A stretch of 33,517 nt of DNA from a virus (IMGVR_UViG_3300032322_001962:1-33517); one strand, 5' to 3'. Shown: positions 8,436 to 18,912, counted from the stretch's first letter. Notes: generated by a model from the letters alone, not told the origin. Numbers and translations: made by a program.

Positions 8436-10436
8436 ATGCAAGCATTCAACTACTTTAGAATTATTCCTAGAGATGCCGATTTCTTAGATAGAAAAACAGG
8501 ATCTCGAGGAGAAGTATTTTTTGACGAAGACAGCAACAGTTTACGCCTGTATGACGGAATTAGTACCGGCGGTATTTCGTTATTACGTGCCGATTTAGAA
8601 AATATTGAGGGAGTAATCGGAGCAGCATTGGGAGATACTCCTCCGGAAGGTGTTGATCCCGGAACCATCTGGTTTAATACTGCTACAGGCAAGATATTCA
8701 TATATTATAACGATGGAAATAGCAGTCAATGGGTGCAGCCTACCTCTTTAGTATACGGCGGTGGCGGAGGTGGCGGAGGTGGCGGCGCCACATCATTAAA
8801 CGATCTTACTAACGTTTCCATTACTTCACCAACTACAGGACAAGTTTTAAAATATAATGGTAGTATTTGGGTCAACGGAACAGACAATTCTTCGGCCGGC
8901 GGAGGTGGCGGAGACGTATCGGGACCAGCAAGTTCTACAGATAATGCAATTGCAAGATTTAATCTAGCAACAGGCAAATTAATTCAAACTAGTCCTGTTA
9001 CAATAGGAGACGATGGAGCAATTACAGCCCCGGCAGCTGGTAGTGTGATACCATTTTATTATGCTAACCAGGGCGGATTTCCTAACGCTTCTACTTATCA
9101 CGGAGCAATCGCACATAGTCATGCTGATGGTAAAATGTATTTTGCTCATGCCGGAGAATGGGTAGCACTTGCGAATGCCAGCGATGTTCCTGTTATTGGC
9201 GGAATAAATTCATTAACTGATGTAGATACATCAACAACACCCCCTACTGCTGGTCAGGTATTGAAGTGGAACGGTACAAATTGGGTACCGGCATCTGATG
9301 TTGCCAGCGGCGGTGGCGGCACTGATGCAGATACATTAGACGGTCTTGACAGTACTTATTACTTAAATTTTACTAACTTAAGTAATAAACCAAATATTTT
9401 TAATACGATCGCGGTTACTGGACAATCGTCTGTGATAGCGGATACTGCTAACGATACCTTAACCTTAACAGGTAGCGGTGGCGTGAGTATCACAACTAAT
9501 TCTACTACAGATTCTATAACTATATCTTCTGTAACTTACGGAATCTCGGCAGAAACCGCTACCGGAGGAGTAAATTTACGATTGACCGGTTCTAATTCAA
9601 GCACCGACGATGTAAAATTAGCAGCTGGATCAAATGTCACCCTTACTAGAACCGATGCTAATACAATAACTATCTCAGCATCTGCCAGTGGAGGATCAGC
9701 AAGTAATAGTTTTGAAACAATCTCGGTTGCAGGGCAAAGTAATGTAGTAGCCGATAGCAGCACCGATACATTGACTTTAGTAGCAGGAACAGGAATAACA
9801 ATAACTACAGATGCTTCGTCTGATTCAATAACTATTACTAACTCTGCAAGTGGTGCCAGTGCTTTCGGCACAGTTGCAGTTGCAGGACAGAGCAACGTAG
9901 TGGCAGATTCTACTAACGACACGATAACCCTTGTTGCAGGAACAGGAATTTCTATAACCACAGACTCTTCTTCAGACACTGTTACCATCACTAACACTGT
10001 ATCTGCAGGAGCCACTGCCTTTACCGGATTATCTGATGTTTCTACAGCATCGCTGACTATAGATAAAATTTATCTACCAGCGATATCTATGTTGACTGTG
10101 ACAAATAACGGTGCAGTAGCTTACAGATTTGATCAATACGGAACTACAGATGATCCTACTATCTATGCTATAAATGGTACAACTATAGCATTTAATCTAA
10201 ATGTCACCGGACATCCTTTTTTAATTCAGGATAGCGGCGGCACTAATTATAATACTGGTTTAGTTCATGTTGCTACTAATGGTACTGTGGCTACTGGTTC
10301 GTCGGCTCAAGGACAAACACAAGGAACATTATATTGGAAAATACCTAGTAGTATTTCTGGAAATTACAGATATCAGTGTGGAGCTCACGCAGGAATGGTT
10401 GGTACCATAGTAGTCAAAGACTTCTCAACATTATAA
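8436..10436 (+). CDS. Tail fibre-like protein with C-terminal cupredoxin-like domain
   Basis: N-terminal GEVFFD...LRLYDG..GG; two LxDV...GQVLKxNGxxWV repeats; about 3 repeats of FxTIxVxGQSxVxADxxxDTLTLxxGxG; C-terminal GHPF...YQCGAHAGMVG. Confidence 0.8.
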   Translation: MQAFNYFRIIPRDADFLDRKTGSRGEVFFDEDSNSLRLYDGISTGGISLLRADLENIEGVIGAALGDTPPEGVDPGTIWFNTATGKIFIYYNDGNSSQWVQPTSLVYGGGGGGGGGGATSLNDLTNVSITSPTTGQVLKYNGSIWVNGTDNSSAGGGGGDVSGPASSTDNAIARFNLATGKLIQTSPVTIGDDGAITAPAAGSVIPFYYANQGGFPNASTYHGAIAHSHADGKMYFAHAGEWVALANASDVPVIGGINSLTDVDTSTTPPTAGQVLKWNGTNWVPASDVASGGGGTDADTLDGLDSTYYLNFTNLSNKPNIFNTIAVTGQSSVIADTANDTLTLTGSGGVSITTNSTTDSITISSVTYGISAETATGGVNLRLTGSNSSTDDVKLAAGSNVTLTRTDANTITISASASGGSASNSFETISVAGQSNVVADSSTDTLTLVAGTGITITTDASSDSITITNSASGASAFGTVAVAGQSNVVADSTNDTITLVAGTGISITTDSSSDTVTITNTVSAGATAFTGLSDVSTASLTIDKIYLPAISMLTVTNNGAVAYRFDQYGTTDDPTIYAINGTTIAFNLNVTGHPFLIQDSGGTNYNTGLVHVATNGTVATGSSAQGQTQGTLYWKIPSSISGNYRYQCGAHAGMVGTIVVKDFSTL

Positions 10437-10460
10437 TTAAATATATAAATGGATTAAAAA

Positions 10461-11576
10461 ATGGCGATTAATTTTCCTAACAGCCCAACAGTAAATCAAA
10501 CCTTTACAGAAGGATCAACCACCTGGTTTTGGTCCGGGACGGTTTGGGAAATACAACCGATAACATCGCCATCTTTCACTAGTTTATCTACATCTGGAAA
10601 TGCTTCGATAGGAGGCAATCTCGCGGTTTCTGGAATAATAAACGGGACTGTTAACGGAACAGTAAGCAATATATCTAATCATAATTTAGATGATCTAGGA
10701 GATGTAGTCACTGGAACGCCCGCTAACGGAGATGTGTTAAATTGGTCGAGTGCGAATAGTCGATGGGAACCCACACAGTTCGGTGGATTTAGTGGGGGAA
10801 CTGTAACAAATCCTATTTTTGTTTCAAACGCAACTGCCAGTTCAAATTCAAGTACCGGTGCTCTTCGAGTAACGGGAGGTGTAGGTATTACTGACGACTT
10901 ATATATAGGCGGACACGTTGTTATTGAAGATGAATTTTTAAGGATTGGAACCAGGGGAGAACTTCGTTTTTCCGATTCCGATAATACTAATTATGTAGGT
11001 TTCAAGGCTGCAACAAATGTGTCTTCAAATATTATTTGGACTTTACCGGACACTGACGGCGATGTAGGACAATTTTTAAGAACGAACGGTGCCGGAGTTT
11101 TATCTTGGGCTACGGCTGCCGGCGGCGGAGAAGGCGGAAGTACACCCCCCGGCGGGTCTAATACCCAAGTACAATATAATGACAGCGGAAGTTTTGGAGG
11201 AAACGCTAATTTTACCTTCAATCTCGGTACAACAACATTAAATGTTCCAACATTAATCGGTTCAGGTATAGCAACATTTAGCAACAGTACAGCCAGCACA
11301 TCATCAACTACCGGTGCAGTTAAGGTAACCGGAGGAGTAGGAATACAGGGACAATTAAACGTTGCAGGAGCAACAAATAAATTTACAGCATCAACAGCAT
11401 CATCGTCTACAACCACAGGAGCAGTTGTTATTACTGGAGGTCTCGGCATTGGCGGTCAAATTTATGTAGGAAGCAATGTAAATATAACCACAGCACCTAC
11501 ATTAGCCACTCACGCTGTTACGAAATCGTATGTAGATTCAAATATCCTAGCTTTCTCGATGGCGTTCGGAATATAA
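10461..11576 (+). CDS. Tail fibre-like protein
   Basis: MAINFPNSP N-terminus; LDDLGDV...GDVLNW; three ASxxSTGAxxVTGGVGI repeats; C-terminal AVTKSYVD. Confidence 0.75.
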   Translation: MAINFPNSPTVNQTFTEGSTTWFWSGTVWEIQPITSPSFTSLSTSGNASIGGNLAVSGIINGTVNGTVSNISNHNLDDLGDVVTGTPANGDVLNWSSANSRWEPTQFGGFSGGTVTNPIFVSNATASSNSSTGALRVTGGVGITDDLYIGGHVVIEDEFLRIGTRGELRFSDSDNTNYVGFKAATNVSSNIIWTLPDTDGDVGQFLRTNGAGVLSWATAAGGGEGGSTPPGGSNTQVQYNDSGSFGGNANFTFNLGTTTLNVPTLIGSGIATFSNSTASTSSTTGAVKVTGGVGIQGQLNVAGATNKFTASTASSSTTTGAVVITGGLGIGGQIYVGSNVNITTAPTLATHAVTKSYVDSNILAFSMAFGI

Positions 11577-11586
11577 GGAAAAATAA

Positions 11587-14500
11587 ATGGCAAAGAAATT
11601 AGTTAAAAATTATGTTTTTACCCCTGGTGCAAGCATAGATGAAAATATTTTACCAAACGCTTATAGTTTAATAAGTCAAAATAGACAATTTATTATCAAA
11701 GAAATCATAGGTTTCATAGAAAATTTAGTCACAGCAGGTGATTCCTCTTATGTTGGATACACTTTTAATACGGCAAAGTGCGAAAGAGACAGCGGATATG
11801 TTATCGATGCTTTATTACATGATCTACGGTATGGCGGCAATGAAAATATAAGATATGTTGCCAGTCGTTATTGGAACGGTTCAGTAGCCCAAATTGATGG
11901 AAACAGGATACCCGAATATGAAGGCTATGAATTTGCCAGAGACTTGATCAATACCTATATCCTTACTAATACTACTGATCCAAGCCCGGAACAGGCTATA
12001 GAACTTCAAGTTATAGACGGAACGAAAACTGCGGAACAAGGTTCATATGCTCGAGTCCAAACACTATTGACCAATATCAAAGATGTGATAGAAAATGGTC
12101 TTTCCAGTCTGCCTGTCGAAGACATACAATTAGGTAGGATAGAAATTCTCGGAAAAGTAGAGCTAGAAGATATTTTATTGATTTCTAATGTCACTGATAA
12201 TATAGTGATTTATAATTTCGCTGAGCCTACCAAAGGCGGTACAGTAGAATTCAATGAAGGAAACAGCACAGCATATCCTAATGCCTTACAGGTAAACAAC
12301 GGTACTACAATAGTTAGATTCAAATTCGACACTTCGTCGATGTCAGCCAGCGATAGCATACAAATTTTCTTAGAAAATACAGAAATACGTGTACGCCCAT
12401 ATGATTTTGGTACAGACGCCATTGAACGTATGCGTGTGGCACAACCTCAGGCCATGCTTGACGCTGACTTCGAATACGGATTACAGCCAACTAAATGGCA
12501 GGCTATCGGTACTCAGCGAGGATATCCTGCGACCTATGAAGTTTCAGCCACAGATATTCCTGTATCGTCGATAGTCACAGATGCTTCTTCTGGTACAGGA
12601 GGTGTTGGCGGTAGTCTTATCACAGTCACTACAGTAAGTGCTCACGGACTAGTGGTTGGCCAAGCAATCAGTATAAAGGCATTAGCATCGAGTATAACAG
12701 GATTTGCTAGAGCAGAAGGAACTTTTATTATCTATACTGTACCTAGTGGAACTACATTTACATTTTATGCAAAAGCAAAAGTAGGAACATCGAATGGACA
12801 GATACTAGCAACTTCTGCGACACAATTAAGGCAAGCAGCATTCTATACAGGTGCAAGTGTAGGTCAGCCTATATTTTCAGTGTACAGTAACGGAAGCAGT
12901 GGTTCGTTCACAACAGCTCTACGTACATCGAGCGGTCAAAATACACTAACATTTGTAGGACTAGCCCCTCCTATCGGGGCTCCACTTTCTGGCACAGGAA
13001 TCGCGTCTGGAACACAAGTATCAGGTGTTTTCGGACCATCGAATTCTGACGGTATAGTAGACTACAGATATGTTAGAGCAACCTACGGTCCAGGAGCTAC
13101 CAGTATCGATTTAACAGATGTTTCTGGATTACAGGCAGGTATGGCGGTAGGCAACGAAGCATCACCTAATGTCTTAGTCGAGATAAGTTCGATAGGCGGG
13201 TTGACATTAAGCTTGAATTCGGCAGTTACCGTAGGACATACCGGAGATCAAAGCATATACAACGGATCTGCTACGGGAGTGAACAGTTCCGGTTTAGATG
13301 CATATTTTAATATCAGCGTAACTGCCGGAGTTTATAGTGTGACCGGCATCGGTTCGAGCGGTGGTGGCAGTGGTTGGGTAGTAGGAGATACTGCGGTAAT
13401 AACCGGAGATTTTTTAGGCGGTGCGACTCCGGCAAATGATTTATATTTGAATATCGATTCTGTTTCAGGCGGCGCGGTCACCGGAGTTAGTATAGCAGAA
13501 GGCACAGGAACGGGATCTGGCACATTCAGCGATATAGAAGGGTTTGGAACCATTTCGAGAGGATCTGGTGGCGGAAATTGGTTCATCACTAGAGCAGGAG
13601 GACTTTACAGCCTCACAGCTTTCCCCGGAAGTGCAGGAACCAAGTATTATGTAGGTAACAGATTTAAAATTCCGGGAACAAGTTTAGAAGGCGCGACCCC
13701 GGCTAACGATGTTCTATTACGTATAGACACAGTATCTGCACCGGGCGGATATCCTACAGCAGCATCTATTACATCAGGTACAGCGGTACGCGGAGACCAA
13801 ATTCCGGTATACGCAACAATAACTTTGTCAGAAAATACCACCGGCGTTGTAGCAGCATCTTCAACTATCTCATACTCGTCTATTGGAACTGTGCAGGTAA
13901 CATTCCCGTCTAATCACGGATTTGTTCCAGGTATGGGTCTAAACGTAGCTATAAGCTCAACTGGAACGAATCATGCGTTGGCTTCTGGTCCGTTTTCTGT
14001 TGAAGAGGTTGTTAGTTCTAATGTAATCAGATATACCGCAAGATCGTCCGGAACTATCGATACTACTGCTCTGTTACAAGGAATAGTTTATGTAAGACCT
14101 GATACATTTTTTACACACAGACCGTTTGACGGCGGTGTTCAGCTAGGTACAGGTGGTCCGCAGCACGGAGGTCAAGCTATACGTCAAAGTAAAAAATATA
14201 TCCGTTATCAGTCTGGTAAAGGTGCCATGTATAATACCGGTGCCTTGTTTGCCCCTAGTTTTGATGTGAGAAGTGTAACAGCTTCTGGAACTGCATCTGG
14301 ATCAATAATAACAATAACAACTGACGACGTTGATCACGGATTACAGGCCGGTGCAACAATTAGATTAAGCGGTGTGCAGACTACGGGGTATGACGGAGAA
14401 TACTTAGTCAGCGAAATATCAGATGAAAGAACATTTAGAGTAGTGGCCACAACAGCACTAGGTGATACTACAGGTAGTATAGGTAGTCAATGTCAAATGG

Positions 14501-16818
14501 CTCTTCTATATTGGCACGGTGCTACGGTTAGATCAGGACCATTCGATGATCAAAACGGTATTTTCTTCCAATATGACGGTCAAAAATTAGCCGTAGGGAG
14601 AAGAAGTTCTACTTTTCAAATTGCGGGAACTATCGCTGTTAATGCTGATAGTAACGCGGTCACCGGAACAAATACTAGATTTTTAGACCAATTGCAAGAG
14701 GGCGATAGAATCGTTATTCGAGGAATGACTCACGTAGTTGCTAACATAACTTCTAATACAGTGATGACTGTGACTCCGGATTTTAGAGGTGTGAATAATG
14801 TTACCGGAGTTAAGGTTTGCAAAATACAAGATATCATAATTCCTCAAGATGAATGGAATCTAGACAAGTGTGACGGTACTGGACCGTCTGGTTATAATAT
14901 TGATGTAACCAAGATGCAGATGATCGGTATTCAATTTAGCTGGTACGGTGCAGGTTTTATTGATTGGATGTTTAGAGGTCCTAACGGTGATTACGTCTTC
15001 TGTCACAGATTGAAAGGTAACAATCTAAATACAGAAGCATATATGCGTACTGGTAATGCTCCGGTTAGATACGAAGTATCCAACGAAGGTGCTAGAAGCA
15101 GATTGACAAATAGTATAAATAATTCTCAAACTTCTATTACATTAGACGATGTTTCCGATTTTCCAATCAGCGGAACAGTTTATGTAGATAACGAATTAAT
15201 AGCTTATTCTGGTCGTAACACTACTACCAATCAACTCACAGGCTGCACAAGATCTGCGTCATTGAGCAACTTCGCTGCAGGCGCAACTAGGACCTATACC
15301 GCAGGAGCAGCCGCTAGTCATAATCAAAAACAAGGAGTGGTATTAGTGTCTTGTACTACAAGCCCGATTATCAGTCACTGGGGTAGTGCTTATTTGATAG
15401 ATGGAAATTTTGACGAAGATCGAGGTTACATTTTTAACTATGCGGCCACTGGGGTCAGTGCCAGCACTACCAAAAGAACAGCATTTTTGATCAGATTAGC
15501 ACCGAGCGTTTCTAATGCCGTTGTAGGAGATCTAGGAGAAAGAGAATTGTTAAACAGAGCTCAGTTGTTGTTAAATGCTCTGTCAGTGACTTCTGATACA
15601 GTCGCGGGGGGCGGAGCGGTCGTTGTTGAAGGAATCTTAAATCCGACCAACTATCCTCTAAATCCAGCAAACATAACTTGGAACGGTTTGAACTCTGCGG
15701 CAGCAGGTGGTCAGCCTAGTTTTGCTCAGATCGCACTGGGAGGTTCGGTGAGCTGGGGTGCTTCTGGAACAACTACCACAGCCGCAGTTGCCGGCGCTGT
15801 AACTACCACGGTATCGGCTCAAGGAGTGGCCTTAGTTACATTTTCAATGACTACTAGAGCCGTTTTCAGCGGAAATTCTGCATTTAGTGGCACTAATTAT
15901 TTCTTTATAACTATTGCAGATTACAACGGATTCGCCACTAAACCCTTAGTCGGTGACGGGATAACTGGTGCTAGTATTCCAGCCGGTACTACGATTAACC
16001 AGATACAGCTCTGGGATTCAACCTATTATATCATTTACATGAGTAGGAATCATACTATAAACGTGTTCGGTAATGGATCAGTCACTGTGACGAATCAAAT
16101 TTCCAGCAACTACAATAGTGCATTTAGAAGCGGTCAGAGAGATTTTCTGATTACTAACACAGTCGCGGCCAGCAGTGGTATCGCAGTAGGGGACACTGTC
16201 AGTTCAGCTAACCTTTCTAGCACAAGAGTTGAAGAAATAGCCACTAGCTATGTAACATTGTCAGGAACGGCATATACTAGGATCAGGACAGCTGGAAGTG
16301 CAAGCAGTACATCTACTGGAGGTTCGAATATCAGTACTAATGTAACAGCAAGTCAAACTGCTTCTAGTTACAGTGGAACGAACTATCTTTTCTTTACCTC
16401 TGCCACATTCCCAGCTTCGGGAGCAACTATCGGAACAAGATTGGATCCGAGCGTTACTCAGTTCCCAGCTGGTACTACCGTTAGTGGTGTCACTACAAGA
16501 ACACTAGGGGCGACTACGGTTTATAGGGTTACTTTCACACAAACATCATCGACATCGATTGCAGCAGCAGCAACCATAACATTTGCATTCGGTGCTGAGT
16601 ACGCATTGCCCGGAGAACAGGTATTTTCTTTCATATGTAACCCTGGAGAAACCGCAACTCTTGACTTGTCGGCTTTGAAAGAATTGGGAACCACAGCGAT
16701 CGGAGGACGCGGCACCTTCCCCAATGGACCAGATGTACTAGCCATTAATATTTTTAAAGTATCTGGGACAGCAACACCTACTAATTTAATTCTTCGTTGG
16801 GGTGAAGCGCAGGCCTAA
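11587..16818 (+). CDS. Large (1743 aa) virion structural protein, fibre/baseplate-associated
   Basis: Thr/Ser/Gly-rich; three 'ITVTT..HGL..G' beta-domain repeats; two GATPAND repeats; RQSKKYIRYQSGKG and IQFSWYGAG motifs; AAGGA Shine-Dalgarno. Confidence 0.75.
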   Translation: MAKKLVKNYVFTPGASIDENILPNAYSLISQNRQFIIKEIIGFIENLVTAGDSSYVGYTFNTAKCERDSGYVIDALLHDLRYGGNENIRYVASRYWNGSVAQIDGNRIPEYEGYEFARDLINTYILTNTTDPSPEQAIELQVIDGTKTAEQGSYARVQTLLTNIKDVIENGLSSLPVEDIQLGRIEILGKVELEDILLISNVTDNIVIYNFAEPTKGGTVEFNEGNSTAYPNALQVNNGTTIVRFKFDTSSMSASDSIQIFLENTEIRVRPYDFGTDAIERMRVAQPQAMLDADFEYGLQPTKWQAIGTQRGYPATYEVSATDIPVSSIVTDASSGTGGVGGSLITVTTVSAHGLVVGQAISIKALASSITGFARAEGTFIIYTVPSGTTFTFYAKAKVGTSNGQILATSATQLRQAAFYTGASVGQPIFSVYSNGSSGSFTTALRTSSGQNTLTFVGLAPPIGAPLSGTGIASGTQVSGVFGPSNSDGIVDYRYVRATYGPGATSIDLTDVSGLQAGMAVGNEASPNVLVEISSIGGLTLSLNSAVTVGHTGDQSIYNGSATGVNSSGLDAYFNISVTAGVYSVTGIGSSGGGSGWVVGDTAVITGDFLGGATPANDLYLNIDSVSGGAVTGVSIAEGTGTGSGTFSDIEGFGTISRGSGGGNWFITRAGGLYSLTAFPGSAGTKYYVGNRFKIPGTSLEGATPANDVLLRIDTVSAPGGYPTAASITSGTAVRGDQIPVYATITLSENTTGVVAASSTISYSSIGTVQVTFPSNHGFVPGMGLNVAISSTGTNHALASGPFSVEEVVSSNVIRYTARSSGTIDTTALLQGIVYVRPDTFFTHRPFDGGVQLGTGGPQHGGQAIRQSKKYIRYQSGKGAMYNTGALFAPSFDVRSVTASGTASGSIITITTDDVDHGLQAGATIRLSGVQTTGYDGEYLVSEISDERTFRVVATTALGDTTGSIGSQCQMALLYWHGATVRSGPFDDQNGIFFQYDGQKLAVGRRSSTFQIAGTIAVNADSNAVTGTNTRFLDQLQEGDRIVIRGMTHVVANITSNTVMTVTPDFRGVNNVTGVKVCKIQDIIIPQDEWNLDKCDGTGPSGYNIDVTKMQMIGIQFSWYGAGFIDWMFRGPNGDYVFCHRLKGNNLNTEAYMRTGNAPVRYEVSNEGARSRLTNSINNSQTSITLDDVSDFPISGTVYVDNELIAYSGRNTTTNQLTGCTRSASLSNFAAGATRTYTAGAAASHNQKQGVVLVSCTTSPIISHWGSAYLIDGNFDEDRGYIFNYAATGVSASTTKRTAFLIRLAPSVSNAVVGDLGERELLNRAQLLLNALSVTSDTVAGGGAVVVEGILNPTNYPLNPANITWNGLNSAAAGGQPSFAQIALGGSVSWGASGTTTTAAVAGAVTTTVSAQGVALVTFSMTTRAVFSGNSAFSGTNYFFITIADYNGFATKPLVGDGITGASIPAGTTINQIQLWDSTYYIIYMSRNHTINVFGNGSVTVTNQISSNYNSAFRSGQRDFLITNTVAASSGIAVGDTVSSANLSSTRVEEIATSYVTLSGTAYTRIRTAGSASSTSTGGSNISTNVTASQTASSYSGTNYLFFTSATFPASGATIGTRLDPSVTQFPAGTTVSGVTTRTLGATTVYRVTFTQTSSTSIAAAATITFAFGAEYALPGEQVFSFICNPGETATLDLSALKELGTTAIGGRGTFPNGPDVLAINIFKVSGTATPTNLILRWGEAQA

Positions 16819-17085
16819 TTATGTTCGAATATCATTGATTCGTTTTTGGATTTTTTTACGGATCTCTGATATTCGTAATTTAGATTCTTGCATATCCATC
16901 GGTAGTTTATGAGATATCACTAATTCTTCGTGAAAGGTATCTAGTCTTTTTACTTCATTGATTAGTTTGTTCATCAGGTCCTGGAGTTCTTTTTTTTGAA
17001 CTCCTTCGCCTAGACTATCTATTTTCATTTTCCATTGTTTGTATTCCGATAGGAATCTCTCATTTTTTAACAGTGACAACATCAT
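16819..17085 (-). CDS. Hypothetical helical/coiled-coil protein
   Basis: 88 aa, K/E/L-rich; last gene of the minus-strand block; overlaps the upstream gene. Confidence 0.6.
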   Translation of the reverse strand: MMLSLLKNERFLSEYKQWKMKIDSLGEGVQKKELQDLMNKLINEVKRLDTFHEELVISHKLPMDMQESKLRISEIRKKIQKRINDIRT

Positions 17086-17452
17086 CTAACTCCAATATGG
17101 TTTCTATTTTAGTTCTTATAATTTGATTATTTAATGTGGTTTTCAAACCATTATGTAAATTCTTAGGCAAATAATCTAACTGTGCCCAACATAGCGTGGG
17201 TGTAGCAGTGGTCAAAAACTCTTGATCAACTAAGCACACATATGTTCCGTATTCAAAACCTCTATCTTCGCTGAGGTATAGTTCTATAGGTAGTAGTCTA
17301 CCATTGCTGTAGGAAGAGATTAGATCTTGGGAATCTTCTAAAAGAGTCGATTTACGACCAAACGTAGGAACAGTCCAGCGAGAATCCTCGCTGATCAATA
17401 ATATACGACCCGTATTTTTTGCTAGAAATAATAATCCTGCTCGCTGTTGCAT
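17060..17452 (-). CDS. Degenerate Nudix-fold-like protein
   Basis: AGLLFLA..GRILLI...W.VP N-terminus and WA.L..LP..LH C-terminus resemble Nudix proteins, but the Nudix box is absent; TAAGTA 5 nt before ATG 17452. Confidence 0.5.
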   Translation of the reverse strand: MQQRAGLLFLAKNTGRILLISEDSRWTVPTFGRKSTLLEDSQDLISSYSNGRLLPIELYLSEDRGFEYGTYVCLVDQEFLTTATPTLCWAQLDYLPKNLHNGLKTTLNNQIIRTKIETILELDDVVTVKK

Positions 17453-17463
17453 AACCATACTTA

Positions 17464-18912
17464 TTATGCATCGAGGTCGAATCTCCAGAATCCGGCAGTA
17501 TACTCACCTTCAAAACTCTTTAACCATTGCTGACCGTCCCATTTATACTGTATTCCTGTGGTAAGATTAGTCACATAGTTATTTTCATTTTCTTCTGTCG
17601 GTGTAAAAACAGTGACCCACTCGTCACCGTTCCATTCTATAATTGAATTTTCTAGTATTTCGGGATCGGATCCATCTAGATTTTTCCAAGCATCTGGGCC
17701 ATCGTAACCAGATTGTCCTCTGTTCATGCTGCTATTCACCGCATCTAACATTAGATATCTAGTGCCTGCAGGTATGTTAGATATCCCGTTGAATGTTTTC
17801 TTGGGATTAAAATTGTAAGGATCTATAATGGCGGTCAACGCAGTTAGAGTATTTGACGGTACTGTATCTCTGTCGATAGTCACGGACAGATAGTTGGGGT
17901 CTATGGCATTTACAGTGAACGTACCCGTAACTTCATATCCGCTAGGCTGCAAGAAGTGTATCTTGCTTAATCCTGCGATATAACTACCTTGCTGCTCTAA
18001 TACAACTTCCCAATTTATATCTTTTCCAAATTTATTTGTAAGAGGTATTTGCAGTACATTAGCTATCTGGTCTACATCTAAAATAGAAACATTGTATAAA
18101 TTAGGTAGACTAGGATTATTTGCACTCAACAATAATACACTGTAGTTATCGTTGGTTCTACGTATAGAAATATCTGCTTCCCTATTACCTAAGTTAAATG
18201 AAAGGTCGCTGAGATTAATTACATCTCCGCTTTCTGAAAATACATTAGATATAACCGATCGTACGATACCTAATCTCTTGACCTTTGCTGGCGGTGTGAT
18301 CCACACAGGCATTTCAAATTCTAGAGTACAGATATCTATTTCGGATTCAGCACCCTGAGGTATAGTTCTTGAACTAAAATTGATATTGTTAACATAGATA
18401 ACACTTAAACTGGTCCAATCTAGATAATTATCAGTGGTCTGTATTTCTAAACTAGGGTTGAAAAGAACTAGAATTTGCTCTAATATCTGCAGCTTTTGGT
18501 CAGTGTTACTGGTCCATATATCTGCTTTCATAGATAACTTAAACGGAGTTGGCATCAATCTTTCTACTGTATAACCCCCGCCCTGACCGCCGCTATATAC
18601 CGGATCTCCGGCCGGGTCGAATTCATAGGCTCTTTCTCGGATTTGTACCTTGCTGATAAAAGTTGGATCTGCTAGTCGTGATGTATCTAATTCAAGACCG
18701 GAAATATAACAGGCTATCTTTGGCACAGTAGACATTTTATTTTCGGAATTATCTTTGATGATACCTGCTACCTGTCTAGTCATATCACCATACATCACAG
18801 GGATATGCCTCTCTTCTGGAACTGTTCCACCGGTCTTATATTTGAAACCTATGAAAACACGCATAAACTGTGTTACGTATCTTCGTATCTGTCCGTCGTA
18901 AAAATAATCCAT
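17464..18912 (-). CDS. gp15: Tail sheath stabiliser/tail terminator (T4 gp15-like) with C-terminal extension
   Basis: YFYDGQIRRY..QF..F, IPVMYG, MPTPF.L....DIWT, QKLQILEQILVLFNP. Confidence 0.85.
   Translation of the reverse strand: MDYFYDGQIRRYVTQFMRVFIGFKYKTGGTVPEERHIPVMYGDMTRQVAGIIKDNSENKMSTVPKIACYISGLELDTSRLADPTFISKVQIRERAYEFDPAGDPVYSGGQGGGYTVERLMPTPFKLSMKADIWTSNTDQKLQILEQILVLFNPSLEIQTTDNYLDWTSLSVIYVNNINFSSRTIPQGAESEIDICTLEFEMPVWITPPAKVKRLGIVRSVISNVFSESGDVINLSDLSFNLGNREADISIRRTNDNYSVLLLSANNPSLPNLYNVSILDVDQIANVLQIPLTNKFGKDINWEVVLEQQGSYIAGLSKIHFLQPSGYEVTGTFTVNAIDPNYLSVTIDRDTVPSNTLTALTAIIDPYNFNPKKTFNGISNIPAGTRYLMLDAVNSSMNRGQSGYDGPDAWKNLDGSDPEILENSIIEWNGDEWVTVFTPTEENENNYVTNLTTGIQYKWDGQQWLKSFEGEYTAGFWRFDLDA

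Noticed and set aside
9390-10010. Periodic repeats suggestive of CRISPR or a tandem array
   Set aside because: They are degenerate in-frame protein repeats with synonymous divergence, without constant repeat plus unique spacers
506-10436. Diversity-generating retroelement acting on fibre/adhesin paralogs
   Set aside because: No reverse transcriptase and no near-identical template/variable repeat pair differing only at adenines in this window
8450-16745. Many short minus-strand ORFs inside fibre genes (and likewise in the sheath, terL and 33010..33282)
   Set aside because: Antisense shadows produced by codon bias of the sense genes
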